A DNA stretch of 61,813 bases, the filler included, from Chiloscyllium plagiosum (taxonomy: Eukaryota), in NCBI RefSeq assembly GCF_004010195.1. It is 3 parts of one record of this genome, joined end to end, with 100 filler letters (N's around TTAATTAATTAA, not from the genome) between each part and the next. Parts side by side here need not be neighbours in the genome. Positions count along the whole stretch, not along the records: positions 1 to 27,141 come from NC_057713.1; 2 more parts are not named here. The stretch is one strand, 5' to 3'. This document shows positions 1 to 13,249 of the stretch, piece after piece. The notes under the pieces were generated by a model, which had not been told where the DNA came from, ran no database searches, and saw only the letters and a list, made by a program, of their open reading frames with translations. How positions within the stretch are numbered: the stretch's first letter is position 1; each line of letters opens with the position of its first letter. The translations under genes were made by a program, and so were the position numbers.

Positions 1-155
1 GAAGGAAACACCACAGAAGCGCTTCACAGGAGGCTCCCAAGCACTGATGATGTCGCCTAGTCAGGGGACGAAACGTCTGCAACAAAAACTTCCAGCTCGG
101 CGAACAGAACCACAACAACGAGCACCCGAGCTACAAATCTTCGCACAAACTTTGA
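1..155 (+). mobile_element. Penelope-like element terminal repeat (pLTR), truncated by window start
   Basis: Similar to the ends of the GIY-YIG-bearing copies at 9606-9720 (minus) and 30120-30190; contains a hammerhead motif. Confidence 0.7.
41..80 (+). ncRNA. Minimal type I hammerhead ribozyme motif
   Basis: GCA-CTGATGA-T-GTCGCC-TAGTCA-GGGGAC-GAAAC-GTC-TGC: intact core, stem I GCA/TGC, stem II with one mismatch, palindromic ACGT stem III, GUC cleavage triplet. Confidence 0.8.
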
Positions 156-189
156 ACTATTGGAATTCTATGTTCTAAGAACACTATGA

Positions 190-870
190 CTTGGAGAATC
201 ACGTGTAGGTGGTACTGCTTCCATGCATCTACTCCATATTCTTCTAGTCAGTAAAGGCCATGGATTTGGAAGATGGGAACACTGCTGCTACTGCATGTTG
301 GTGGTGAAAGGAGTGAGTGTCAAAGGTGGTAGGCGGTATACTAATAAAGTGGGTTGCTTCATCTTTATCTGCTTTGTCCCAGATGGTCTCAAAATATTGT
401 TAGAGCTGCAGTAATCCAAGCTTTGGGAGTATTCTGTCACATTGCTGACTTGTGACTTATTGATGGCAGATGGGCTTTTGGGAGTTAAGAAGTGAGTTGC
501 TCACTACAGAATTCCTAGCACCAAAACTGCTCTTGTACCCACATTATTTAGGTGGCTGGTTCAGTTCAGTTTCTGTTCAACTGAAAACCCCAGGATACTG
601 ATAGTGGGGTATTAAGTGATGGATATTCCATTGACTGTCAAGTGGAGATGGTTAGATACTCTCTTGAGGCAAAGACGGTCATGGCCTGGCATTGTGTAGC
701 ATGACTGTAACTCTCCGAGCCTGAACATTATCCAGGCATTGGTGCATCTGGCGGCTGAGAGTTTCAATATCTGAAAAGTTGCAAATGATGCTGATCATTG
801 TGTAATCATCAGCAAACATTCTCACTTCTGGCCTTATAATGAAAGGAATGTCATTGATGAAGCATCAATA
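190..870 (-). mobile_element. Degraded LINE fragment (CR1/L2-group, second family)
   Basis: Colinear similarity to 13830-14741. Confidence 0.55.
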
Positions 871-896
871 GGATGTGGGCATCACTGGCATCGCCA

Positions 897-1985
897 GTAT
901 TTGGATACAGAACTGGCTCAAAGGTAGAAGACAGAGGGCGGTGGTGATGGGTTGTTTTTCAGACTGGAGGCCTGTGACCAGTGTGTGCAACAAGGATCGG
1001 TGCTGGGCCCTCTACTTTTTCATCATTTATGTTCACTTCCGAATCATTTATATAAGAGGTACAGTTAGTAGGTTTGCAGATGACACCAAAAGTGGAGGTG
1101 TAGTGGACAGCGAAGAAGGTTACCTCAGAGTACATCGGGATCTTGATCAGATGGGCCAATGGGCTGAGAAGTGGCAGATGGAGTTTAATTTAGATAAAAG
1201 TGCTGCATTTTGGGAAAGCAAATCTTAGAAGGACTTATACACTTAATGGTAAGGTCCTAAGGAGTGTTGCTGAACAAAGAGACCTTGCAGTGCAAGTTGA
1301 TAGCTCCTTGAAAGTAGAGTCGCAGGTAGATAGGATAGTGAAGAAAGTTTGGTATGCTTTCCTTTATTGGTCAGAGTATGGAGTACAGGAGTTGGGAGGT
1401 CATGTTGCGGCTGTACAGGACATTGGTTAGGCCACTTTTGGAATATTGTGTGCAATTCTGGTCTCCTTCCTATCGGAAGAATATTGTGAAACTTGAAAGG
1501 GTTCAGAAAAGATTTGCAAGGATGTTGCCAGGGTTGGAGGATTTGAGCTATCAGGAGAGACTGAACAGGCTTGGGCTGTTTTCCCTGGAGCGTTGGAGGC
1601 TGAGGGGTGACCTTTATAGAGGTTTATAAAATCAAGAGGGGCATGGATAGGATATATAGACAAAGTCTTTTCCCTGGGGTGGGGGAGTCCAGAACTAAAG
1701 GGCATGGGTTTAGGGTGAGAGGGGAAAGATATAAAAGAGACCTAAGGGGCAACTTTTTCACGCAGAGAGTGGTACGTGTATGGAATGAGCTGCCAGAGGA
1801 AGTGGTGGAGGCTAGTATGATTGCAATATTTAAAAGGCATCTGGGTGGATATATGAATAGGAAGGGTTTGGAGAGAAATGGGCCAGATGATGGCAGGTGG
1901 GACTAGATTAGGTTGGGATATCTGGTCGGCATGGATGGGTTGGACCGAAGGGTCTTTTTCCATGCTGTACATCTCTATGACTCTT
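897..1985 (+). mobile_element. CR1 LINE 3' fragment (RT C-terminus and 3' UTR), frameshifted
   Basis: FADDTK, RPLLEYCVQFWSP, FFTQRVVRVWNELP spread over several frames. Confidence 0.9.
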
Positions 1986-2310
1986 TGTTGCCCATTCTTA
2001 ATTGCTCTTGAATTGAGTGGCTACTTAAACCATTTTGGAGGACAGTTAAGAGTCAATCACATTGCTGTGGGTCTGGAGTCACATTTATCTGAGATCACAT
2101 AAGGATAACAGATACTATTCCCTAAAGGGTGTTGGTGAGGTAGATCGGATTTTACAATGATCTCTGATTATTTTACAGTCACCACCATTGAGACACTAGG
2201 TTTTAATTCCAGATTTTTCAAATAATTGAATTTAAAATTTAAACAGCTACCACGTTTCCCAACTATTAGCCTTGGCTACTTAAGAATAACATTACCACAA
2301 TGCCATCACA
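1986..2310 (-). mobile_element. DeuSINE (SacSINE1-like) copy
   Basis: Deu-domain-like TGTGACTCCAGACCCACAGCAATGTG on the minus strand. Confidence 0.55.
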
Positions 2311-2340
2311 ACCCCCTTTGGCTAATACTGCTGAAGACAT

Positions 2341-2946
2341 TACATAGAACATAGAACATAGAAGAAGAATACAGCGCAGTACAGGCCCTTTGGCCCTTGA
2401 TGTTGCGCCGATCCAAGCCCACCTAACCTATACTAACCCACTATCCTCCATATACCTATCCAATGCCCGCTTAAATGCCCATAAAGAGGGAGAGTCCACC
2501 ACTGCTACAGGCAGGGCATTCCATGAACTTACGACACGCTGAGTGAAGAACCTACCCCTAACTTCAGTCCCATATCTACCCCCCCTTAATTTAAAGCTAT
2601 GCCCCCTTGTAATACCCGACTCCATACGCGGGAAAAGGTTCACACTGTCAACCCTATCTAACCCCCTAATCATCTTGTACACCTCAATCAAGTCACCCCT
2701 AAACCTTCTTTTCTCTAGTGAAAACAGCCCCAAGTGCCTCAGTCTTTCCTCATACGATCTTCCTTCCATACCAGGCAACATCCTGGTAAACCTCCTCTGC
2801 ACCCGTTCCAGTGCCTCCACGTCTTTCCTATAGTATGGCGACCAAAACTGCACACAATATTCCAGATGCGGCCGCACCAGAGTCTTATACAACTGCATCA
2901 TGACCTCAGGACTCCGGAACTCAATTCCTCTACCAATAAAAGCCAG
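2341..2946 (-). mobile_element. Young CR1 3' fragment
   Basis: Uninterrupted ORF 2428-2958 (RPHLEYCVQFWSP...FFTQRVV) and (CATAGAA)n tail at 2344-2363. Confidence 0.9.
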
Positions 2947-3304
2947 AACTTTAAACAACTTTAAACAACTCTTGCAGTTTCTGTAATATTCTGGGACTGA
3001 GATGACTGACCTCCAATAACCAGAACCATCTTCTTTTGTGGTCTGTGTAGAAGCCAGTGGAAAATTAAACCCCTAATTTCCATTGACTCGAGCTTTTATG
3101 GGACTCTTTGCTGCCACGTTTGATTAAATACTGCCTTGATGGTCAAGGGCAGTCACTATCACCTCTCCTCTTTGATCAGTGTTTAGAGCAATTTTTTAAC
3201 TAATATCAGGAGCAGAATGGTCCTGATGGTACCCAAACAGAGTGTCACTTAGTCAAGTACTGCTGAGTAAATAACATTTGATGGTACTGTCAATGAACAC
3301 TTCC

Positions 3305-3860
3305 ATTAGAACATTGAAAAGTACAATACAGGGCCGACAATGTCTGTGCTGACCATGATGCCAATCTAAACTAATTCAAGCTGCCTGCATTTGGTCCATA
3401 CCCTTCTGTTCCCTGCCTGTTCCTGTGCTTGTCTAAACACCTCTTAACGTCGCTAATGTATCTGCTTCTGCCACCTTCCCTGGCAATATGTTCCAGGTAC
3501 CTACCATCCTCTGTGTAAAACATCTTCTTATCTTAGATCTATGCTCCCTATTAATTAATATTTTCATCTGGCAAAAAGGCACACTATCCATGTCTTTCAT
3601 AATATTATATATTTCGATCAGGTTGCCCCTTAGCATTGGATGCCCGAGTGAAAACAATTCAAGTTTGTCCAACCTCTCCTTTTAGCTAATACAGGCAACA
3701 TCCTGGTGAATCTCTTTTGCACCCTCTCCAAAGCCTCCACATCCTTCTTATAGTGTGAAGATAAGAACTGCGCACAATACTAATATGGACAAACTAAAGT
3801 TTCATACAACTGCACCATGACTTGCCAACTTTTATACTCAATGCTCCAACTGATAGAGTC
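3305..3860 (-). mobile_element. Degraded CR1 3' fragment
   Basis: LFSL...LRGNLIEIY...FTQRMV.TWN.LP. Confidence 0.8.
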
Positions 3861-4724
3861 ATGGAGTCATTTTCCGTTCTGACTGGACTTTCAATATGTT
3901 TTGTCATCCAAGGTTCCCAAATCTTGTCATTCCAATCTTTCATCCTCATAGGAACATGCTGGTCCTGAACTCTGATTAACTAGCCTTTAAAAAACTCCCA
4001 CATGTCAGATGAAAATTCACTCTCAGTGCCCTCCCCCCTCCATCCAATTCCTGCCTAATTATGTTGTTAATAGCCTTCCCCCAATTTAGCACTTTCACCC
4101 CAAGACCAGTCTTATTTTTATCCATAACTATCTTAAACCTCAATAAGTCAGAAATCACATGACACCAGGTTATAGTTCAACAGGTTTATTTGAAATCACA
4201 AGCTTTTCAGAGCATAGTCTCATTAAACCTTACAGAATTATGATCACTGTTCCCAAAATGCTCCTCCACTAAAACTTCAATCTTCAAAGTAACTTTTATT
4301 ACTTTGCTGATTGTCAAGTGTGGCTGGTGGGCTAGCAATTGAACAGAAAGCAAAGCAGGCCTAACAGAAGACCTGCAGGAACAGAAGAAATTTGCAGTTT
4401 GAAGGCAAGGATGGACTGTGGAAAATCAAACAGTGAGTTGAATTTAATCAGAGCTGTTGGTCTGTCATGAGTTCATCCTGAACCAATCATCTGGCCAGAT
4501 ATCAAGTACTGAGTTAAAGACAAAAATCTCTTGTATGAGATGGAAACTTCAACAACACAGTAACTCGGGCTGAAAGGGCAACAATTTAAACAAAAGCAAG
4601 GTACAGCTCTGAGCAGATATCAGAGCAATGGTGCACAAATATTACAAGCCCAAATTGAAAATAATAAACCTAAGATGGCCATGAGAGAAAACTTACTCAT
4701 ATTTTCTGGGCAATGAAAGCTGGG

Positions 4725-5430
4725 AAATTGTCCAGTCACCACCCATTTCAATTCCCCTAATCACTCCCTTTCTGACATGACCACCCTTGGCTTCCTCCAT
4801 TGCCATAACAAAACACAGCTCCTATTGGAGGAACGACATTTCATCTTCCGCCTGGGCAGCTACAGCCTGGAGGACTCGACATTGAATTCTCCAGTTTCAA
4901 ATAACCTCCCTCCCCATCCCCCAATTCCCTTCCCAGCCCCTCCCTCTCCCTTCGAGAGAAAGTGAGGGCTGCAGATGCTGGAGATCAGAGCTGAAAATGT
5001 GTTGCTGGAAAAGCGCAGCAGGTCAGGCAGCATCCAAGGAACAGGAGAATCGATGTTTCAGGCATAAGCCAACACATTTTCAGCTCTGATCTCCAGCACA
5101 GAAGGGCTTATGCCCGAAACGTCGATTCTCCTGTTCCTTGGATGCTGCCTGACCTGCTGCGCTTTTCCAGCAACACATTTTCACCTCCCTCTCCCTTCCA
5201 CTGACTCCCTGCCACCATCCGGATTCATTCCTCCCATTGACCAAACAGGTCATATACTCTACCTGTCTTCACCTATCCCCACTTTAGCACCCTGCCTCCA
5301 CCACCCCCTTTATCTGCAGCTCTTCCCACACCCACTCCCCAGTCCTGAAGAAGCATTATGCCCGAAACATCAACTTCTGCACTTCTTGATGCTACCTGGC
5401 TTGCTGTGTTCTTCCAGCCTCCTGCCTGTT
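4725..5430 (+). mobile_element. Penelope-like 3' fragment with nested fold-back pLTR insertion (~4955-5182)
   Basis: LEERHFIFRLG endonuclease C-terminus; decayed hammerhead at 5341-5374; nested piece flanked by CCTCCCTCTCCCTTC on both sides. Confidence 0.7.
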
Positions 5431-5769
5431 CACAAAGCTACTTAAAGCAGTTAAGTGTTAGGCAATTTAAAGACATAAATGATTCTGGTCTGACACAGAA
5501 ATCTTTTGGAACTCAGGATGTTGCAGCAGGATTAGTGAGGCTCTGAATTGTGGGATAAACTCCATCACAGCCTGGAAAGATGGGAGAGCTGCCTTTATAT
5601 CTGCAAAAATTGGAAAAATCCTGCTAAAACAAAGCAGGGGAGGATTTCCAGCACTGCAGAGTATACAGCTTTGAACGATATAAAATACATAATTGCATTA
5701 AGAAGCTACAGCATTAGAAATAATAAAGCCAAGAATATTTAATTTCAGGGATGAGTCAAAGAGAGCACA

Positions 5770-6200
5770 AAATTGGACATCCTGGAGATGACAATTCTTG
5801 AAGTATAGAATAACATCTAAACTGAAAGTAGGACAGAAATTGAACAAATAAATGCACCTCTGTACATAATTGGATGTATAACAGGTGATGCTATTGCCCA
5901 CATAAGGATAAATGAAACATCAGACAAATTCAAAGAGATATTGAAATTGATAATTATTTCACCAAAGAACTAATGCAATTCATGAAAGGGCAAGATTCAA
6001 CAACACAGTACAGTATCCAGGTGAACCAAATCTGATTTAATTAATGAACTCAACATCCTAGTGGAGAGATACAATTATGGTGACTTAAAGTCAGAACTCA
6101 TGAGAGTCTTTGTCAGATTTGTCCCAGTCCAAAGAAGACCTAATGTGAAAAATAACCTGTCAGATGGTGAGTGAAGCAGAAATTTTAAAAAACAGATGAA
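5770..6200 (+). mobile_element. Gypsy-type LTR retrotransposon gag remnant
   Basis: Manual translation across stops and frameshifts: WTSWR*QFLKYRITSKL...NAIHERARFNNTVQYPGE...YNYGDLKSELMR, resembling Gypsy gag. Confidence 0.55.
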
Positions 6201-8298
6201 TCAAAACCTCAGAGGAAAAAGAATGTGACATAAGAAATTTACAGAATAAATCAAATTCTTATGGTACTAAACCACAAAAAAAAACAGACCAGTTAAGCCA
6301 ATACAATGGGACAGACACCTGGCACTAAAGGTCAATGCTGTGGAACAAAGAAATCTCATTTTTATAAACTGATTGCTTTTATTCTCAGAAAGTAGATTGC
6401 TTTCAGAAAATGTGCTGAAGCAGGACACAGCTACAAAAAGCAGAAGCATTTACCCACATAAATGAGAAAGATCAATCTCCAGGAGATGATAAACCCAAAG
6501 ACTTACTCAGGGAAATCAATGATTCAGACCAAACATTTTTGTTCTGCTAGACATTTATGCCAACAATCATCTCACGAGTTTCGAGTTAGACAGAAGAACA
6601 GGCAACAGAGTATTATCAGATCGAGAGTGCAAGGGAGGCAGTGGTCTGGTAGTAATGTCACTGCACAAGTAATCCAGAACTCCAGGTTAATGTGTTGGGG
6701 ATATGGGTTTTAACCCTGGTCATTATGACAACTGGCAGAAATTTTAATGGGCAGCATAAGCTAATCAAAAGGCAAAAATCCCTGAGGTTCATTATGTTGG
6801 AGTGAAACATTTGTTTCACATTGTAAGTGAGATAGAAAGCTGTGACTATAATAGTTTGGCTGAAATGTTTTCCACTGCTCCCAAACTTGAAGAGATTTCA
6901 AATGTCAAGTTTCAACCAAGTTTAAAATGAAGTGTCAAAATAAAGGCAACAACCACACTGTCTGCACTAGTGAGAGGATGCATAGTGTTAGTCAAACAAT
7001 CGAAGCATCTGCAACTATACTGCATCAGATTGCAACATTGCACAGTGAACAACGACTTCTGACAAATTCTAGTCTGACATTAGGTGCTGAGGTGATTAAG
7101 AAGGGATTAGTTCAACAGAAATATCCAGTGTCTCCCTGACATTCCCCTGACACATATTAAAAATATGGAGGTCACAACTCAACAGATTAGGAAAGGAGAA
7201 ACAGTACATAAAGATTGAATAAAGGAAAAACACTGCAGATACCAGAAACAAACACAGAGAAATGCAGCAGGAGAGACTCAGTTGGATTTTTCTGTGGAGA
7301 GATAAACAGAGTAACCATTTTGAGGCAAGCATAACACTTCTTCAGACCGGAATCACTTTGGAGTCAGAACATTAACTCTATTTCTCTCCCTATAGATGCT
7401 GCCAGAACTATTGAGTCTCTCCAGCATTCTCTGTGTTTGTTTCAGATTTCCAGCATTTGACAATGCTTTATTCTTTGGGAAAGGTGTTGTATTTAGCTTT
7501 GCAATGGTTACTACTTGGCTGAGTGCAGCAAACAATACTCACTGGAATGATGTCATGGGTATTGATTAGAGTAAAGCAGGAGCTTGTGAGAGGCAGCCCT
7601 GGGGCTAATGCACTGGTTGCAGTAATGTAATTATCTTCATATTGTTCCCAAGCAGATGCTTCCAGTTACACCAGAAAGCTGGTATCCTCAGCTGTGTTAA
7701 ACCACTTTGGACTTGAAGAAGTGACCATACAACCATCTATATGACAAGCAAACTGTTTTCTGATGCAGAATATTACAATCAAAAGTGAAAGCAGCTGCCA
7801 CCTTTGGTTGACTCAGGAAACGTGCATTGTAATGGCATGAAACTGAAGTGATAAACAAGGCTTAAGTATGACCAAAATCCGTGGGATCCATGGGAGTGAG
7901 ATGCTGGCTTATGAGATCTGAGCTCTCAGCACCTTGCTGGGTGATTGTGAAACAATACTGACTGGTAGCTCTCAAGAAGCCAGTTCAACTTTCATGCTGG
8001 GTGTGATGCATTCTGGGCATGTCGCGCAAGGTCAATATCACAAATGCAGCAGTATCTCAGAGGCAGCACTCCCAAATTCAATGGCACCCATCAAGCAAAG
8101 GCACCTTTAATGCTTTGCACATCTAGAACGAGAGGTCGTGACTTCTCTCAAACAGTGATGAATTTGTGGAATTTACTATCCCAGAATGCAGGGGATACTG
8201 GGATATTGAGTAAATTTAAGGAGGAGATACACAGATTTTTAATTGGCACTGGGTTGAAAGGTTATGGAGAATGGGTAGGAAAGTTGAATTTTTTTTAA

Positions 8299-8570
8299 AA
8301 TACAGAATCCCTACAGTGTGGAAGCAGACCACTCAACCCATACCGACCCTCCGAAGAGCATCCCATCCAGACCCATCCCACTACCCTAAAATTGCATTTC
8401 ACATGGTCAATCCATCTAGCCTGTGGAAGGAAGCCAGAACACCCAGAGGAAACCCACACAGACACGGGAGAATGTGCACACTCCACGCAGGAAGTGGCCC
8501 AAGGGTGGAATCGAACCCAGGTTCCTGGAACTGTGATGTAGCAGTGCTAACCATTGAGTCACAGTGATGC
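8299..8570 (-). mobile_element. HE1/V-SINE inserted in a CR1 3' end
   Basis: A box, GGTTCGATTCC B box and V-domain on the minus strand; CR1 tail on both sides (8120-8290, 8575-8650). Confidence 0.75.
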
Positions 8571-8669
8571 CCAAATTGAAGCCAGCATAAAATCAGCCAT
8601 GATCGTATCAAATGGCAGAGCAGGCTGGAGGGACTGAATTGCCTATCCTTAGTTTATATATTCTTATGT

Positions 8670-8950
8670 TTAGTAGACAGTTGGATATCTGAGGATTCTC
8701 TCTGTGGTGAGATAACCAGAGCTAGGCACCCAGGAAGTCTACAGGTCCACTTCAAGCCAGCTTGGAATTTGACCCAAGGGTCCAAAATATCAATTCTGGC
8801 ACTTGGGAGATACCAGCTGCAGACAGAGGGAAGTGGCAATATCACCTGTGGGTGGGCATATATCACCGTGATGGTCATTGGTTACAGTGCTTTGCAACAG
8901 TGTCAATGCCGAAAAACAGGAACTCATACAACCCACTTCATACATGACAG
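8670..8950 (+). mobile_element. RTE-like LINE 3' remnant
   Basis: NINSGTWEIPAADRGKW resembles the RTE C-terminal WExxAxDRxxW motif. Confidence 0.45.
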
Positions 8951-9605
8951 AACCTAATCTTTGATGGATTGGTGTCTTTAGCCATCAGCAGGTTGGTGCA
9001 ATATGAATTTACCTGATTGCTAATGGATTTGATTTATTGCACGACCATCTTCTCTCACAGGTGGAAGGATGCTGTTGCCTTCAAAGTGCATTGGGCAAAC
9101 TGCTAATGTTAGTATGCCTAAACTAACTGTCTGAAAACATCAAATTTTTTCACTGCGTATGAAGGACAAACTGAACAGGACTTTGTCCTACAGTGGTGTA
9201 CTGCTGGTCTGAATAAGCTGAGTGTCAGACTAACCTCAGTGAAAGGAAGTCTTGTGCTCACAGAAACTGCTGACCAATCTGATTGTGCTGCTGGACTATG
9301 GGAAGGCCCCAGCAAGAAGGTAGCATGGATCCTGAGACAGGTTATTCTGGTATTTTTGAGGGGTTGGGGATGGGGGTGTGAAATCAGGCATCTTAGGGAA
9401 AAGGTGTTGTAGTTTTTTGAGGCTGGGTGGGGAGGCACAAAGGCAGGGTATGATATTGGGAGGGGTTCCGCTGAGAGACGAATTCCCCTTTCCGTCCTGC
9501 CCTTTCAACTTTGGTTAAAAAGCAGTCTTGCCATCCTAGTCTACCTTCCACAAGTTTATTATGGTCGTGGAGATCGATTGATGGCTATTAAATGGGAACT
9601 GAGGG

Positions 9606-11665
9606 GTAAGTATGTAAGTTAGCTCGCCGAGCTTGAAGGTTTGTTTTCAGATGTTTTGTCACCATACTAGGTAACATCATCAGTGAGAGTCTCTGGTGAA
9701 GCACTGGTGGTATGTCCCGCCTCTCTATTTATAGGTTTTGGTTTCTTAAGGTGGGTGATGTCATTTCAGTTTTTCTGTCAAGGGAAGGTAGATAGGGTCT
9801 AAATTGATGTGGTCATTGTTGGAGTTCTGGTTAGAATGCCATGTCTCTAAGAATTCTCATATGTGTCTTTGTTTCGCCTGTCTGAGGATGTGTGTGTTGT
9901 CCCAGTCAAAGTGGTGCCCTTCTTTGTCTGTATGTGTGGAAACTAGTGATAATGGGTCATATCTTTTCATGGCCACTTGGTGTTCATGTATCCTAGTGGC
10001 AAGTTTTCTGCTAGTATGTCTGATGTAGTGTTATTTTACAGTTCTTACATGGTAGCTTGTAAATGACGTTAGTTTTGCTGGTGGTATCTATTTGGATCCT
10101 TTAGGTTCATTAGTCGTTGTTTAAGTGTGTTGGTAGGTTTGTGTGCTACCGTTATGTCAAGGCATTTGAGTCATCTGGAAGTTATTTCTGATATGTCTTT
10201 AATGTAAGGTAATGTGGCTATAGATTTTAGTTGTGTTGTGTCTGCTTGTTTGGGTTTATTTCTTAGGAATCGGCAGATTGTGCTTATTGGGTACCCGTTT
10301 TATAGAGTCATAGAGTCATAGAGATGTACAGCACAGAAATAGACCCTTCAGTCCAACCCAACCATGCTATCCCAACCCAATCTAGTCCCACCTGCCAGCA
10401 CAGGGCCCATATCCCTCCAAACACTTCCTATTCCAGCCTCCACCACTTCATCTGGCAGCTCATTCCGTACACGTACCGCCCTCTGCATCAAAAAGTTACC
10501 CCTTAGGTCCCTTTTACATCTTTCCCCTCTCACCCTAAATCTATGCCCTCTAATTCTGGACTCCCCCAACCCAGGGAAAAACTTTAGATTAGAGTGGTGC
10601 TGGAAAAGTACAGCAGTTCAGGCAGCATCCGAGGAGCAGGGAAAAGACTTTGTCTATTTATCCTATCCATGGCCCTCATGATTTTGTAAACCTCTATAAG
10701 GTCACCCCTCAGCCTCCGACGCTCCAGGGAAAACAGCCCCAGCCTGTTCAACCTCTCCTTATAGCTCAAATCCTCCAACCCTGGCAACATCCTTGTAAAT
10801 ATTTTCTGACCCTTTCAAGTTTCACAACATCTTTCCGATAGGAAGGAGACCAGAATTGCATGCAATATTCCAACAGTGGCCTAACCAATGTCCTGTACAG
10901 CCACAACATGACCTCCTAACTTCTGTACTCAATACTCTGACCAATAAAGGAAAGCATACCAAATGTCTTCTTCACTATCCTATCTATCTGCGAGTCCACT
11001 TTCAAGGAGCTATGAAGCTGCACTCCAAGGTCTCTTTGTTTAGAAACACTCCCTCGGAAATGTTGCAGAGATATTTTTCTTCCGCTTTTTGTGGTTTTCA
11101 GATGCTGCAGTGTGATGTAGCTTGTTGAAATAATGTCTTGATGCAGCTCCGTTTGTGGGTGTTGGGATGATTGCTTCTGAAGTTAAGTATTTGGTCTGTG
11201 TTTTGTTTTTGTTTCTGGTTTGAAACTCTCCATTAGCTGTACATTCAACTGTCAAGTCTAGGAATGGGAGTCTGTTGTTGTTCTCTTCCTCTTTTGTGAA
11301 TTTAATGCCTGTCAGGATATTGTTGATGGTGCTGTATGTTTCCTCTAATTTGTTCCATTTTGTAATGACAAAGGTGTCATCTATGTAGCAGATCCAAAGT
11401 TTGGGTTGGGTAGATGGGACGGCAGCTTTTTTAAGTCTCTGCATTATTGCTCCGCTATGAGCCCTGATATAAATGACACCTTTGTCATCACAAAGTGAAA
11501 CAAATTAGAGGAAACATACAACACCATTAACAATATCCTGACAGGCATAAAATTCACAAAAGAGGAGGAGAATGACAACAGACTCTCATTCCTAGACATG
11601 ACAGTTGAACGTACAGTTAACAGAGAGTTTAAAACCAGCATCTACAGAAAAACAACATACACAGG
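9606..11665 (-). mobile_element. Penelope-like element (RT, GIY-YIG, pLTR) split by CR1, with inverted 5' segment
   Basis: WICYIDDTF...KFTKEEE...LPFLD (11040-11444); GIY-YIG region similar to 29625-30190; 11472-11637 is the reverse complement of 11216-11381. Confidence 0.85.
10303..11040 (-). mobile_element. CR1 3' fragment nested in Penelope
   Basis: MLPGLEDLSYKERL...LRGDLIEVYK; (ATAGAGTC)n tail; itself interrupted by a short pLTR piece at ~10586-10636. Confidence 0.85.
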
Positions 11666-13249
11666 TTAGATGAATTGGCTATAGTGTCCAGGGATGTGCA
11701 GGTTAGGTGGATTAGCCATGGGAAATGTAGGGATAGGGTAGGGGATGGGTCTGGGTGGCATAGTCTTTGGAGCGGAAGTATTTACTCAATGGGCCAAATA
11801 GCCTGTTCCCACGATGTAGGGATTCTATGATTCTAATATCACAGGGGCCTGTTAGTTTATAGAAAGTGACAGTGCAATGACTTGCTTGCTCCCAGAAAAT
11901 AATGATCCCTTACGTGTTTGTTATTATATGTATAGGTTTAACTAGCAAAGTCAACACACTACAATCTCACAAATACAAGTTGCCATCTACCGAAGTAATT
12001 GTTGACTGCATGGATCATCTGTGAGAATAGGTCAGAATTGTCACTTTCATCATTATAGGGTAAAATGCTGAAGTGTCTGTAATCTTTGACGAACAATCTT
12101 GAAGTGGTCGTTTTAACTGCTTCAATTGTAATTTATTGACATTTAATGCAATATATCTTGCAATTTCTCAGCAGCACTGGAAAAAGATAACCTTGTAAAT
12201 TGCTGGATTGCCGTAAAAACCCAATGAATATCCTTTCGCAAGGAGACCCTGCCACTTCTGTTTTCTCTAGCCTACACGTGACCTCAGTCCAACTGTGTAT
12301 GTATTTTGCAAAAGGCTGAGATTTCATTTCTGGTACATTAATGGCTGTGCAATCTGCACACAAAGGCAACATTCTTCAGTTTTCTTCAAGTTGCCTTTAT
12401 TAAGACGCGGTACAGGCCACAAATATCACAAGGAGTACCAAAGGCAGGGACATGACATTTTTTATGGAGTTTTCATTCAGCAGGCCTTGCGTCATGATGG
12501 AAAATTAAGATTTGAGCAAGTTCCCTGAATTGGCATAACTTCCTGAATCATGTTAATGCTGTTTGTTGGTATCAGATTGTTATGGTTCGATTGTATTCAG
12601 CGTCATTTAATTTTATTCTCCTCTTTTATTGCAGTGACAATTCATTGCTATTCTTTTTCACAATAAAGTAAGGGACAAAGGAGATGCAGGATACAGAATA
12701 CTGATGCTGAGAATAAGGTGAAGGCCGAGATTCTAATCAGCATTACGCTGTCTTAAATTATCAAACCTCCTTCCGTCTCAGTGGACAATTGGATAATTTA
12801 AGATGGCTGAGTGCTGATTAGTAGCTGTTCCTTGGGGTTTAAAATTGCAGTGCAACAATGAACTATTATGTGTGGCAATTTCAGGAAAAGATATTGTCAG
12901 GGTTCGTGGACTTACATTGCTTTTGATACAGAGTTCAAGGCTCAGAGGAGAACATTAGTGCTCTCGATAAAGAAGCATTTGAGAGTCAACAGAAACAACA
13001 AGAACTTTCATTTATATAGTGTCTTCAATCTGGTAAAACAATCCAAATGGCTATTATCAAACAAGATTTGACACTGAGCCACATGAAGTGTTAGTGGAAG
13101 CTTAAGAGCTTGCTCGAAGAGGAAGGTTTAGGGAGGGTCTATTGGAAGGAATGGGAGTTGAAGTAATGGAATGTTTGTGGAGAGAAATTCAATACTTTTT
13201 AGGATAGGCTGTTAAAGGCTATAATGTAGTGATTAAAATTGGTGATGTT

